The notes: generated by a model not told the origin, from the sequence alone. A DNA stretch of 64,000 nt from an uncultured Thermoplasmata archaeon (GCA_964488505.1 CAZAUI010000003.1:30221-94220), one strand, 5' to 3'; positions 15,621 through 24,820 are shown, counted from the first letter of the stretch. Translations and numbers: made by a program.

Positions 15621-17417
15621 TCAGAACGATATGCCCAGGGTCTCCAGCGTGGGCACCGTCGGGACTCCGTTGGAGTCCCAGCCCCAGAGCGCGTAGTACG
15701 CATCGAGCTCCTTCTCGAAGTCGCCCCTGTTGATGACCGCGCCCTTGGACGGGCCGTCGTGTATCGGGAGCGTGAAGAACCTGTCGGGCAGGGTGTCGTC
15801 CTTCCTCCCCAGCCCCTCCCTGAGGTTGAACAGCCTCTCGACGGTCCACGAGCGCGCCCCGACCATCTTGAGGCCGTCGACCGTGTACCCGAACCCGGTG
15901 GACGCGTTGGCCAGCGCCACCATGTTGTCCCACGAGTTCGCGAAGGCGTTCCTCGCGCCGAACTTGCACAGTATGAGGCAGTCGGTGACCGTGAACAGCT
16001 CCTGCATCTCCTTCAGGGTCTTCGCCTTGCCCTTGACGGTGAACCTGTCCAGGACTCCCTGGAACAGCTCCGGCACGTACATGGTCGCCCTCAGGTGGCA
16101 CGCGCCCCTGGTCGAGGTCGCGAACGCGAGCCCCATGCCCTGGATGCCCCTGGGGTCGTACCCCGGGAACTCCATGCCCTTGACGTTCATGGCGTACTTG
16201 CCCGCCTCGGGCCCGAACCGCTCGGCGAGCTTCCTGGAGCCCTCGCCTACGGCCGCCCCGAAGCCCTCGCCCTTGCCGGTCATCTCCACGAGCTTCACGA
16301 TCGCCCTGTGGTCCCCCCAGTTCAGGGCCAGGCCGCCCGTGTCCTTCTGAGTTATGATGCCCTTCTCGAAGAGCTCGAACGCGCACGCGATGGTGTCAGC
16401 GCATGATATGGTGTCCATGCCGTACCTGTTGCACAGGTCGTTCGCCATGATTATCGATTCCAGGTTCGAGTTGCCCAGGTTCGCCCCGAACATCGCCAGG
16501 GTCTCGTACTCCGGACCCTCGGTCTCCACCTGGTAGTCCCTCTCCGCCTTGGTCACGTTGCCGCAGTGGAGCGGGCACCTGTAGCATGCGACATCCTTCT
16601 GCTTGTGGTTGTTCACGACGGAGTCGCCGCCGATCTTCTCGTACTCGGGGAAGTACCCCGTCTGCAGGTTCCTGGTGGGGATGGTCCCCGCCTTGCCGGT
16701 TATCCCGACGACCATCGAAGTCCCGTACTTCATGAACGCCGCGGACTTCTCCTTGACCGTCTGGGTCGCCGACTTGAACAGCTCCTTCAGCTTCTCCGGG
16801 TCCGCCTGCGGGACCTCATTGGTGCCTTGGACCACGATGGCCTTCAGGTTCTTGGCCCCCATGACAGCGCCGACGCCCCCTCTGCCCGCGGCCCTGTGCA
16901 GGTCGTTCATGATAGCCGCGTAGCGCGACTTGCGCTCTCCCGCCGGGCCTATGACTGTGACCCTCGCGCCCTCGTGCCTCTTCTTGAGCTCGGCCGTGGT
17001 CTCGAACACGTCCTTGCCCCACAGGCCCGAGGCGTCCAATAGTTCGGGGCCCGAGTCCGTGATGTTCAGGTAGACCGGAGAGGACGCCCTCCCCCTGACG
17101 ACAATCCCGTCGTAGCCGGTCCTCCGCAGCATGGGCCCCCAGTGGCCGCCCGAGTGCGCCGACAGTATGGCCCCTGTCAGGGGGGACTTGGTCGTCACGT
17201 TGTAGAACGCCGAGAACGCCCCGTAGGTCCCGGTGTACGGCCCGGTCATGAATATGAGCCTGTTCTCGGGGTCGCAGGGCCGCATCCCCGGCTTGTTCTC
17301 CTCGTAGAGCATCTTCGCGGCGAGGCCCCTGCCGCCCAGGTAGTCGACCTGGTCCCGCTTCGACACTTCGCTGTCCTCGAACTTGCCGGACCTCAGATCC
17401 GCCCTCAGAACCCTCAT
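15621..17417 (-). CDS. aor: Tungsten-type aldehyde:ferredoxin oxidoreductase
   Basis: 598 aa. N-terminus MRVLRADLRSGKF...YLGGRGLAAKMLYEE, EGPEYETLAMFGANLG, CYRCPLHCG cluster motif, DTISCADTIACAFEL. Confidence 0.9.
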   Translation of the reverse strand: MRVLRADLRSGKFEDSEVSKRDQVDYLGGRGLAAKMLYEENKPGMRPCDPENRLIFMTGPYTGTYGAFSAFYNVTTKSPLTGAILSAHSGGHWGPMLRRTGYDGIVVRGRASSPVYLNITDSGPELLDASGLWGKDVFETTAELKKRHEGARVTVIGPAGERKSRYAAIMNDLHRAAGRGGVGAVMGAKNLKAIVVQGTNEVPQADPEKLKELFKSATQTVKEKSAAFMKYGTSMVVGITGKAGTIPTRNLQTGYFPEYEKIGGDSVVNNHKQKDVACYRCPLHCGNVTKAERDYQVETEGPEYETLAMFGANLGNSNLESIIMANDLCNRYGMDTISCADTIACAFELFEKGIITQKDTGGLALNWGDHRAIVKLVEMTGKGEGFGAAVGEGSRKLAERFGPEAGKYAMNVKGMEFPGYDPRGIQGMGLAFATSTRGACHLRATMYVPELFQGVLDRFTVKGKAKTLKEMQELFTVTDCLILCKFGARNAFANSWDNMVALANASTGFGYTVDGLKMVGARSWTVERLFNLREGLGRKDDTLPDRFFTLPIHDGPSKGAVINRGDFEKELDAYYALWGWDSNGVPTVPTLETLGISF

Positions 17418-17457
17418 GCTCGCTGCCCCTGGTACTTGCGCCGAATGAATTGCTACA

Positions 17458-17467
17458 ATATATAAAA
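17458..17467. promoter_or_regulatory. TATA-like block (ATATATAAAA) in the aor/tauE divergent spacer
   Basis: Lies 41-50 nt upstream of the aor ATG (17417, minus strand). A second box, TTTAATAC at 17559-17566, lies 22-29 nt upstream of tauE ATG 17588. Confidence 0.4.
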
Positions 17468-17474
17468 GGATTTA

Positions 17475-17538
17475 CTTCGAAGATGTTTTCGAGCATGATT
17501 GTTCGGACATATTTCGCCAAAAGCGGTTGAGATTCGAA
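17475..17538. promoter_or_regulatory. Five phased TTCG(A/G/C) repeats including palindromes CTTCGAAG (17475-17482) and TTCGAA (17533-17538)
   Basis: TTCG occurrences begin at 17476, 17488, 17502, 17513 and 17533, giving spacings of 12, 14, 11 and 20 nt. Confidence 0.35.
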
Positions 17539-17587
17539 CAATGGTACAATAGCACAGGTTTAATACGCATCTTCCGTTCACAAACGC

Positions 17588-18391
17588 ATGGCCTTCGAGT
17601 CCATCGGCATCGACTCGGTGCTCGTCGTGGCCGTCCTCGCCGGGGCCGTGGCGTTCTTCTATTCCAACCTGGGCCTGGGCGGGGGCCAGCTCTACGTCCC
17701 CATCATGGACCTGTTCTTCCTGAGCCTCGTGATGCGGGAGATCGTCCCGCTGTCCCTCTGCTTCGCCTTCGTCACGATGCTGAGCGCGACATACACGCAC
17801 AGCAAGAAGGGCCTCGTGCACTTCAAGCTCGGCGGGCTCCTGGCCGCTGGCGGCCTGGTCGGGGTGGTCGCGGGCGTCATGTTCACGACGAACGTCTCGG
17901 AGTGGGTCGTGAAGGTGGCCTTCGCGACCCTCCTGGTCGTCGTGGCCACGAAGATGATGTACGACCTCAGGTGCAAGAAGAAGGACTATGTCGGCTGCCC
18001 GGCCTCATGGAGCATCAAGTGCAGGCTCGCAGGCGTGGGCGTGAGCGTGCTCACGGGCTTCCTCATAGGCAGCTTCGGCGTCGGGGGAGGCGTCGTCAGC
18101 GTCCCGCTGATAATCTACGTGTTCAGGTTCGAACCCCGGTTCGCGATTGGCACTTCCGCCCTCATGGGCGCGATACTGACCCCTGCCGCGTTCGCGGTCT
18201 ACGCCCTCACGGAGGGCGTGACCATACACTACGACCTCGCGCTCACCCTGACCCCGGTCGTGTTCGTCATGGGGGTCATAGGCTCCACGTGGGGCCTGAA
18301 GAAGCTGAGGACCAAGGTCGTCAAGATGATCTTCACGGGCGGGGTGTACCTCGCAGCCTCCGAGATGATCCTGAGCCTCCTGTTCCAGTGA
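17588..18391 (+). CDS. TauE/SafE (DUF81) family anion exporter membrane protein
   Basis: LGLGGGQLYVPIM and a second GVGGGVVSVPLI repeat. About 8 TM helices. 267 aa. Confidence 0.7.
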   Translation: MAFESIGIDSVLVVAVLAGAVAFFYSNLGLGGGQLYVPIMDLFFLSLVMREIVPLSLCFAFVTMLSATYTHSKKGLVHFKLGGLLAAGGLVGVVAGVMFTTNVSEWVVKVAFATLLVVVATKMMYDLRCKKKDYVGCPASWSIKCRLAGVGVSVLTGFLIGSFGVGGGVVSVPLIIYVFRFEPRFAIGTSALMGAILTPAAFAVYALTEGVTIHYDLALTLTPVVFVMGVIGSTWGLKKLRTKVVKMIFTGGVYLAASEMILSLLFQ

Positions 18392-18463
18392 CGGGCGCAC
18401 CGGGACGCCCCTGTCGGGCACAGATAGTTACTTGACGGGGGTCTGCCATTGCGCGGGTCGTAA

Positions 18464-19540
18464 GTGATCACCATGGCCAAGGGTCGTGTCAAGGTCGTCG
18501 AGGTCTCCGGCTCCTACGAGAACATGGGTTCGAAGTTGGGCTCGGCGTGCAAGCGCGAGGTGCGGGACATGCTCGCCGAGACCAAGGAGTCGGTCAAGAG
18601 GCGCCAGCTGGACTGGGAGAAGGCCAGGGCGAACGCGGGGAAGCACCTCCCGTTCGTGCAGGACTTCAACAGCGACCAGATAGAATTCATCAAGGGGTAT
18701 TCCAAAGGCTCAGGGGTGCCGTTCGACGACCTCTTCGTCATGTTCTGCATGGACGAGAAGGGCCTGTGCACCGACATCATGGTCAACGGCGACGCGACCG
18801 CGGACGGCGGCGTGTACTCCGCCCACACGGAGGACTGGACCGTCACATCGCAGGAGCGCCTGGTGCTGGTAAAGGCGAAGCCGAAGGGCAAGCCATCGTT
18901 GATGGTCATGACCCTGGGGGGCCTGGAATGGATAGTCGGGCTCAACTCCGCAGGGCTCACGCTCACGGGCAACTCGCTGTACCAGAACGACACCAGGATA
19001 GGCGTGCCGAAGCTGATGGTCGCCCCCAAGGTGCTCGCGGCCGAGACGCCGGGCGAGGCGCTGGCCGCGGCGACCCCTGAGCACAGGGGCTCGAGCTACA
19101 ACAACAACATAACCCATTCGAGCGGCGAGATGTATAGCGTCGAGGGCACGGCGACGGACTTCGCGGTCCTGTATCCCGACGACGGGTACCTCGTCCACAC
19201 GAACCACTACCTGCACCCGAGGCTGATGAAGTACGAGACCGCCTTCGGCGGGGACGGCGTGCGCACGATCGCGGGCGCGTCGAGCACCATCGTGAGGTAT
19301 CACCGCGCGCTCAGGCTAATAAGGTCGCAGCTGGGCGATGTGACGAAGGAGTCACTCATGGAGATCATGAATGACCACGTGAACCGTCCGGGCTCCATAT
19401 GCCGGCACGTGAAGAAGGAGGACCCTGCGCACGAGCGCTGCAAGACGACCTTCGCCGTGATACTCGACCCTGTCAAGAAGAAGATGGACCTGTGCATCGG
19501 GAACCCGTGCGAGGGTGAGTTCAAGGAGCACGGCCTCTGA
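18464..19540 (+). CDS. Peptidase C45 / acyl-CoA:6-APA acyltransferase-like Ntn hydrolase, paralog 1
   Basis: GLCTDIMV (candidate nucleophile Cys), LGGLEWIVGLNSAGLTLTGNSL, YLVHTNHY. No signal peptide. Confidence 0.6.
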   Translation: MITMAKGRVKVVEVSGSYENMGSKLGSACKREVRDMLAETKESVKRRQLDWEKARANAGKHLPFVQDFNSDQIEFIKGYSKGSGVPFDDLFVMFCMDEKGLCTDIMVNGDATADGGVYSAHTEDWTVTSQERLVLVKAKPKGKPSLMVMTLGGLEWIVGLNSAGLTLTGNSLYQNDTRIGVPKLMVAPKVLAAETPGEALAAATPEHRGSSYNNNITHSSGEMYSVEGTATDFAVLYPDDGYLVHTNHYLHPRLMKYETAFGGDGVRTIAGASSTIVRYHRALRLIRSQLGDVTKESLMEIMNDHVNRPGSICRHVKKEDPAHERCKTTFAVILDPVKKKMDLCIGNPCEGEFKEHGL

Positions 19541-19555
19541 CGGCCCGGTACATCC

Positions 19556-20611
19556 TCAGTACCTGTCCCTGAAGTGTCCCAGTATCTCCAGGCTGACCAG
19601 GGATATCCACTGGTCGTCTATCGGGTGCGGCCTCTCGGACCTGTGCCAAAGGCCGTCCTTGGACCTCGCGTTCAGGAGCCACCTGATCGGCTTCTCCATG
19701 CGCTCGTCGTCCGGCCCGAAGCCCATGTGCACGAGCGTGTCGAGGGCCGTTAGTCCGCTGCCGTAGTATGTCGGGAACTTCAGCATGGTCCAGTTGTTCT
19801 CCGACAGGTAGTATGACGAGTGGTAGTTCCTCTTGAAGAACCTGTCGAGGACGAACTCGGCCGCCTTCTTGATGCGCTTCTCGCCGTTCAGCGACCTGTA
19901 TATGGATATCCCCCTGAGCGCGCTCAGGGTGGTCCATACGCAGCTCGGTATGTCGTCGTAGTCCGATGGGTCGTAGGGCGGGAGCTTGCCCTCGGCCTTC
20001 AGACGCATGAACTCCTCCCGTTTCATGAATCTGTACTCCGGGAGGTACTTCATGTCCTGGATGTACGGGATGTTCCATCCGCCGTCGTGCCTCTGCATCT
20101 TCAGGAGCGCCTGCAGAAGCCGTTCCATCCTCATGTCGCCCTTCATGCCGAACTTGAGCAGGACGCCGAGGGTGAGGCCCTGGTGGTATGCCTTGGGTAT
20201 GCCGTCGGTGTCAGGTCCTCTTATGAACCCGTCATCGCCCTGCCAGCCGAGCAGGAGCTCCAGCGACTTCTCGATGTGGCCCATGTCCCTCGTGGCCCAG
20301 TACTCGAACAGCATGTACAGGTTCCTCACGACGATCCTGTGGGTCCATCCGTAGGGGGGGCCGGGTCCGGCCTCCTCCTCTATCCTCCTGGGGGTGGATA
20401 TCGGCCAGGTCCCGTCCGGCCTCTGCGATTCCAGGAGCTTGACGAACGGCCGGTAGGTCTTGCACTCCTCGACGGCCCTCATGAGGGCGGCGTCGTTGCT
20501 CTCCTTCCAGAGGACGTACTCCAGTATCCATCTCCTGACCGGCGGGACCGCCATCTGGTTGAGCTTGGCCGCGGTCTCCTCGACCGCCTTGTCCACCTCG
20601 ACCCTGAGCAT
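19556..20611 (-). CDS. Prenyltransferase/squalene-cyclase-repeat (alpha/alpha-toroid) protein
   Basis: Four QW-like repeats: QRPDGTW, QGDDGFIRG, QRHDGGWN, RSKDGLW. 351 aa. Confidence 0.5.
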   Translation of the reverse strand: MLRVEVDKAVEETAAKLNQMAVPPVRRWILEYVLWKESNDAALMRAVEECKTYRPFVKLLESQRPDGTWPISTPRRIEEEAGPGPPYGWTHRIVVRNLYMLFEYWATRDMGHIEKSLELLLGWQGDDGFIRGPDTDGIPKAYHQGLTLGVLLKFGMKGDMRMERLLQALLKMQRHDGGWNIPYIQDMKYLPEYRFMKREEFMRLKAEGKLPPYDPSDYDDIPSCVWTTLSALRGISIYRSLNGEKRIKKAAEFVLDRFFKRNYHSSYYLSENNWTMLKFPTYYGSGLTALDTLVHMGFGPDDERMEKPIRWLLNARSKDGLWHRSERPHPIDDQWISLVSLEILGHFRDRY

Positions 20612-20678
20612 GACGAGCGGGCGTAACGCGTTGGGGGTGATTCATCCTTTCGCAGGGACGGGGAGGTACGGATGTCTT

Positions 20679-21965
20679 ATGGGCGACGATAAGCAGGACA
20701 AAACAGTGATAAGGGGAGAACGGCATCTCGGGACGGGTCAGCCTATGGCTCGGTCATTGTCATCTTCAGGGGGAGTGTCAAGCAGGAGCGGCCGGACGAA
20801 CCCGCCGGTCATAGACAGACGGACTGTTTTCAGCAATGATGTCAGTGGCGAGACTCGTTCGATTGCGCGGCCGCCCGCGGTCAAGGCATCCCGTTACAGG
20901 GTCAGCGCCTTTGTCGTTGCTGCCCTAGCCATAACGTCGTTCATGGCAGTCCTCGTGGTGTACCCCGATCCTGTGTCGTCGTTGACACCTCGTGGACCGA
21001 TTTACATTGCCAGCGATGCGGACTTCACCGAGCCGAACGGAGTGACCGGGGGCTCTGGGGCGGACGGTGACCCCTATATCATCTCGGGCTGGGACATATT
21101 CGGTGATGATTACGCCGGGATAGATATCGAAGGGACCACCGCTTTCTTCGTGATAAGGGACGTGCGCATCATATACTCGGGCGGATCCCTTCAATCAGGC
21201 GTGTATTTCTACGGCGTGAGCAACGGGACCTTTGAGGATTCTACCGTCGAAGGGATAGACTCCGGAATCGAGGTCGATTCCTGTGAGAACGTGACTCTGG
21301 AGTCGAACTTGATCACCGGGTGCAACTATCCCATGTACATCTCCTTGGCGGACAACTTCCGCATCTGGAACAACACGATTAGCGGGGGCGGCCAGGGTAT
21401 CCGTATCGACGAAGTCTTCTCTTTCGACATTACGGGCAACGTGATCTCTGCTTGCGCCTACGAGGGCATCTACGGATACTATGTCCACGACTGCATGTTC
21501 TCCTCTAATTCGATCTCGGACTGTGGCGGTTCGGGAATATTCTTGGACTTCAGCAGTGGTGACTGCGTGATATTCAACAATACGCTGTCGGGCAACTACG
21601 GCTCTTGGGATAATGGAGGAGGCGTGTTCCTTGACGGATGCACAGGCATATTGGTGTATCACAATAGTTTCCTGGGGAACACTCCCACGCAGGCATATGA
21701 TTTCGCGGGAACCGGCAATTCGTGGAACCTTCCTGATCCTGTCGGCGGGAATTACTGGGACGATTACACGGGCGATGATTCAGACCTTGACGGCTTCGGT
21801 GATGACCCGTACGTGATAGCTGCTCCAGAACCACCCTACGCTCAGGACGCCCTCCCGTTGATGACTCAACCTGGTACCGGCACGCCAATACCCGAGTTCA
21901 GCTCCGCAATCCTGCCCGTCCTTGCTGTGATGGCCCTGTTCCTGGTCGTCCTCAGGCGTCGGTAG
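20679..21965 (+). CDS. Right-handed beta-helix (NosD/CASH-like) surface protein with N-terminal TM and PEF-CTERM-like anchor
   Basis: Repetitive beta-helix turns (NNTISGGGQGIRID, GNVISACAYEGIYG, SNSISDCGGSGIFL, NNTLSGNYG). C-terminus PIPEFSSAILPVLAVMALFLVVLRRR. The ORF opens at 20460, but that part overlaps the upstream gene; candidate starts are ATG 20679 or 20745. Confidence 0.65.
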   Translation: MGDDKQDKTVIRGERHLGTGQPMARSLSSSGGVSSRSGRTNPPVIDRRTVFSNDVSGETRSIARPPAVKASRYRVSAFVVAALAITSFMAVLVVYPDPVSSLTPRGPIYIASDADFTEPNGVTGGSGADGDPYIISGWDIFGDDYAGIDIEGTTAFFVIRDVRIIYSGGSLQSGVYFYGVSNGTFEDSTVEGIDSGIEVDSCENVTLESNLITGCNYPMYISLADNFRIWNNTISGGGQGIRIDEVFSFDITGNVISACAYEGIYGYYVHDCMFSSNSISDCGGSGIFLDFSSGDCVIFNNTLSGNYGSWDNGGGVFLDGCTGILVYHNSFLGNTPTQAYDFAGTGNSWNLPDPVGGNYWDDYTGDDSDLDGFGDDPYVIAAPEPPYAQDALPLMTQPGTGTPIPEFSSAILPVLAVMALFLVVLRRR

Positions 21966-22157
21966 GGCTCGTATACACTCGAGGGGCGACAGGATCTCGC
22001 CGTAAGGTCGGGTTGGGCAGCTCCGGTCGCGAAGGATTTGGACGCACAGCAGAGCTTATCAAGAGCTAGCGCTTTCGAGGCCCGTCGCGTGAGGGTCAGG
22101 GACGTTGCCACATGTCCGTGAACGGCCCGCAACCCGTTCGTGACAGGTTAGAATCAC

Positions 22158-23390
22158 ATGGAGACCGAGGCGCCCGACCCCTGGTCCAAACCGAAGGGTT
22201 TCGCGTCAGTCCCTTCCAGGGTCAAGTGGCTCATCTACCTGACCATACCCTCCAGCATCGCCTATGGCTATGTCATCATAGCCATCGCGGCCTACCTGCC
22301 GGAGATAGGCGTGAGCATGGGCGATGTCGGCCTACTGATCGGCGTCAACGGGCTGGTGTTCGTGGTCAGCGCCATACCCATCGGGCTCCTGGCCGATCGC
22401 AAGGGCAAGAAGCTCATCTTCCTGCTCGGGATGATCGGCATCCCGCCGTCGATCCTCGTGTACGCCTTCACGACGGACATGGCCGCCCTGCTGGCCGCGA
22501 CCTCAATCGCGGCCGTTTGTGAGGCGGGCTTCGCATCCACTTGGAACGTGCTGATTGCGGACCAGACGACCACTCAGAACAGGAACCAGGCGTTCTCACT
22601 GTCTTTCATAGTTGGGAACGCCTCGTTCGGCATTGGTTTCGCCATCCCTTTCGTCTTCCCGGCCATCCAGGGCTGGACCGGCTTGTCGTCAGAGGAGGTG
22701 CACGACTATGCGTTCATCCTCATGGCCGGCATGGCGTCTGTGTCCCCTGTACTCCTGTATCATCTCCTGAAGGGGTACGATGAGAAGGTGGCCCCCCGGG
22801 ATGGGTTCAGACGCGGCCAGAGCAACAAGGTGCTGATGAGGTTCTCAGGCATCAACGCCATGATCGGCCTCGGCGCCGGATTCATCATCCCTCTCGTCCC
22901 GCTATGGCTCCTGGCAAAGTACGGTGTCAACGACGCCTGGAGCGGCCCGCTCCTGGCGATGTCGAACATCACGATCGGCCTCGCGGCCATCCTGAGCCCG
23001 CTGATCGCGAGCAGGTACGGCGTGATCAAGGCCATAGTGATCACACAGGTGACATCTACCTTCTTCATGCTCAGCATGGCGTTCATGCCCGGCGCGGTGC
23101 TTGCGGGCGGGGTGTACCTCGTCCGCGCGGCGCTCATGAACATGGCTGTGCCGCTCTTGGACGCCTACCTGATGGGCATAGTCGCGAAGGAGGAGCGAGG
23201 GTTCGCCAGCGCGCTGAACTCCATCATATGGCGCCTGCCCAACAGCGTGACATCCATCTTAGGGGCGGAGATGATCGAGCGGGGCGATTACAACCTGCCG
23301 ATATACATCGCGACCGCGTTCTACTTCGCCGGGACGAGTCTGTTCTACTTCACATTCAGGGGCCTCAAGCCGAAAGAGGATCCCCCATAG
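22158..23390 (+). CDS. MFS transporter
   Basis: 410 aa, about 12 TM. LADRKGKKLIF loop motif between TM2 and TM3. Confidence 0.75.
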   Translation: METEAPDPWSKPKGFASVPSRVKWLIYLTIPSSIAYGYVIIAIAAYLPEIGVSMGDVGLLIGVNGLVFVVSAIPIGLLADRKGKKLIFLLGMIGIPPSILVYAFTTDMAALLAATSIAAVCEAGFASTWNVLIADQTTTQNRNQAFSLSFIVGNASFGIGFAIPFVFPAIQGWTGLSSEEVHDYAFILMAGMASVSPVLLYHLLKGYDEKVAPRDGFRRGQSNKVLMRFSGINAMIGLGAGFIIPLVPLWLLAKYGVNDAWSGPLLAMSNITIGLAAILSPLIASRYGVIKAIVITQVTSTFFMLSMAFMPGAVLAGGVYLVRAALMNMAVPLLDAYLMGIVAKEERGFASALNSIIWRLPNSVTSILGAEMIERGDYNLPIYIATAFYFAGTSLFYFTFRGLKPKEDPP

Positions 23391-23481
23391 CGGATGCCAT
23401 GGTCGGATGAGTCTGCCCGAGACGGACCGTCCCTCCGCTGCCGGCTTAAATAGTCAGTATCAATAAGTCTAAACCTGTCGA

Positions 23482-24774
23482 TTGTATTCCACCTCCCGGT
23501 CTAGGGGAGGTGAGGGGATAACTCCTTTCAACGAATCTAAGAGGATACTGTGCGTGTTTGTGTCGACGGTGTTCGCTGTCTCGCTCTTCGCGGGATTGAG
23601 CGCCGCCGGCAACGGATCAGACGGGCCCGCCGCGGCCGGGCCGGACGAACTGCAGACTGCGGATGCTATCGCGAAGTGGTCCGTGCTCGTGTATCTCGTC
23701 GCTGACAACAACCTCGACGAATACACCGAGAAGGACCTGGTCGAGCTCGAGGTCGGCGGCTCCAGCGCGGATGTCAATGTGCTCATACTCATGGACAAGC
23801 TCTACGAGCCCGCGGTCCTGATGACCATCGACGGGCACGAGCGCTCGGTCCTCGAGGAGCTCGGCGAGCTCAACATGGGCGACCCAGCGAACCTGCGGTA
23901 CCTGCTCGACTACACCGACCTTAACTACCCGGCGGAGCACATGCTGCTGTTCTTCTGGGACCACGGGTCCGGCGTGAGCGGCGTCGGCTTCGACGAGACC
24001 ATGCCCGACGGCACCGTCTCAGGCGACTGGCTCGAGCACCACGAGGTGATCGAGGCCATAGACGGCTACCACGTGGACATCATGGCGGCGGACGAGTGTT
24101 CCATCGGACAGCTGGAGACCATCTACGAGTACCATGCCATGGGCGCGGACATGGACTTCTGGGTCGCGAGCGAGAGCTACATCGGCTGGAGGGGCTTCTC
24201 GTACGACGAGATACTCCTGAGGCTCAACGAGAACCCCTACATGACTGAGAGGGAGCTGAGCCTGATCATCGTGGAGGAGTTCACGGAGCTGTTCAGCGTC
24301 GCGCCGTACATGAGCGAGATACTGACGACGCAGTCGGTGTTCGACATGTCCACGATAGAGGCGCTCGGGCAGGAGGTGCTCGGGATGGCTGACGCGCTCT
24401 CCGCGGACATGGACTCGTACCGGTCGGTCATATACGAGGCGCAGATGGCCGCGATGAACCCGTGGGGCGCGAAGTCCGCGGGACAGGTTGACCTGCCGAC
24501 GTTCGTCCAGTACATCATGGACAACGTGGGCGCGAACGACCCGGTCGCGGACGCGTGCGCCGATGTGCTCGCAGCCTACGATGAATGCATGCTCGGTATG
24601 GGGATCACGAAGAACAGCGAGATGTACGGCTATCAGGGCATGGGCATACTCGTGCCGCCGTCGTACAGCATGTACACGGTCGCCAACGCGGCCAGCTTCG
24701 AGAAGTACATGTCCTTCGAGTTCCCGAACCTGGGCTGGTGGGCGTTCCTCGAGACGTACTGGGGCGTAGTCTAG
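23482..24774 (+). CDS. Clostripain-family (C11) cysteine peptidase, secreted, paralog 1
   Basis: WSVLVYLVADNNL, His motif FFWDHGSG, Cys motif MAADECS. Signal/anchor FVSTVFAVSLFAGLSAAG. Start uncertain: TTG 23482 (ORF track) or GTG 23554 preceded by GAGGA. Confidence 0.75.
   Translation: MYSTSRSRGGEGITPFNESKRILCVFVSTVFAVSLFAGLSAAGNGSDGPAAAGPDELQTADAIAKWSVLVYLVADNNLDEYTEKDLVELEVGGSSADVNVLILMDKLYEPAVLMTIDGHERSVLEELGELNMGDPANLRYLLDYTDLNYPAEHMLLFFWDHGSGVSGVGFDETMPDGTVSGDWLEHHEVIEAIDGYHVDIMAADECSIGQLETIYEYHAMGADMDFWVASESYIGWRGFSYDEILLRLNENPYMTERELSLIIVEEFTELFSVAPYMSEILTTQSVFDMSTIEALGQEVLGMADALSADMDSYRSVIYEAQMAAMNPWGAKSAGQVDLPTFVQYIMDNVGANDPVADACADVLAAYDECMLGMGITKNSEMYGYQGMGILVPPSYSMYTVANAASFEKYMSFEFPNLGWWAFLETYWGVV
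23490..23512 (+). other. Perfect 8-bp hairpin CACCTCCC-GGTCTAG-GGGAGGTG (anti-SD-like arm pairing with SD-like arm)
   Basis: Read directly. Lies at the extreme 5' end of the clostripain paralog-1 transcript/ORF, about 40 nt after TATA-like CTTAAATAG (23445-23453). Confidence 0.55.
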
Positions 24775-24807
24775 GCCTCGCATCAAAAACCGCGAAACCC
24801 TTTGTCC

Positions 24808-24820
24808 CCGTTTTCTTCTT
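24808..24820. terminator. T-rich tract (CCGTTTTCTTCTT) in a convergent intergenic spacer
   Basis: Lies between the C11 peptidase stop (24774) and the DDAH stop (24820), preceded by AAACCCTTTGTC. Confidence 0.3.

Noticed and set aside
15042-16406. 454-aa plus-strand ORF opposite the ABC ATPase and aor genes. Similar cases: 56153..57745 (530 aa), 57703..59490 (595 aa) and 46476..47777 (433 aa).
   Set aside because: All are antisense to genes carrying textbook motifs (Walker A/B, AOR, catalase, saccharopine dehydrogenase, SBP/PKD). All have Arg/His/Pro/Val/Gly-rich low-information translations.
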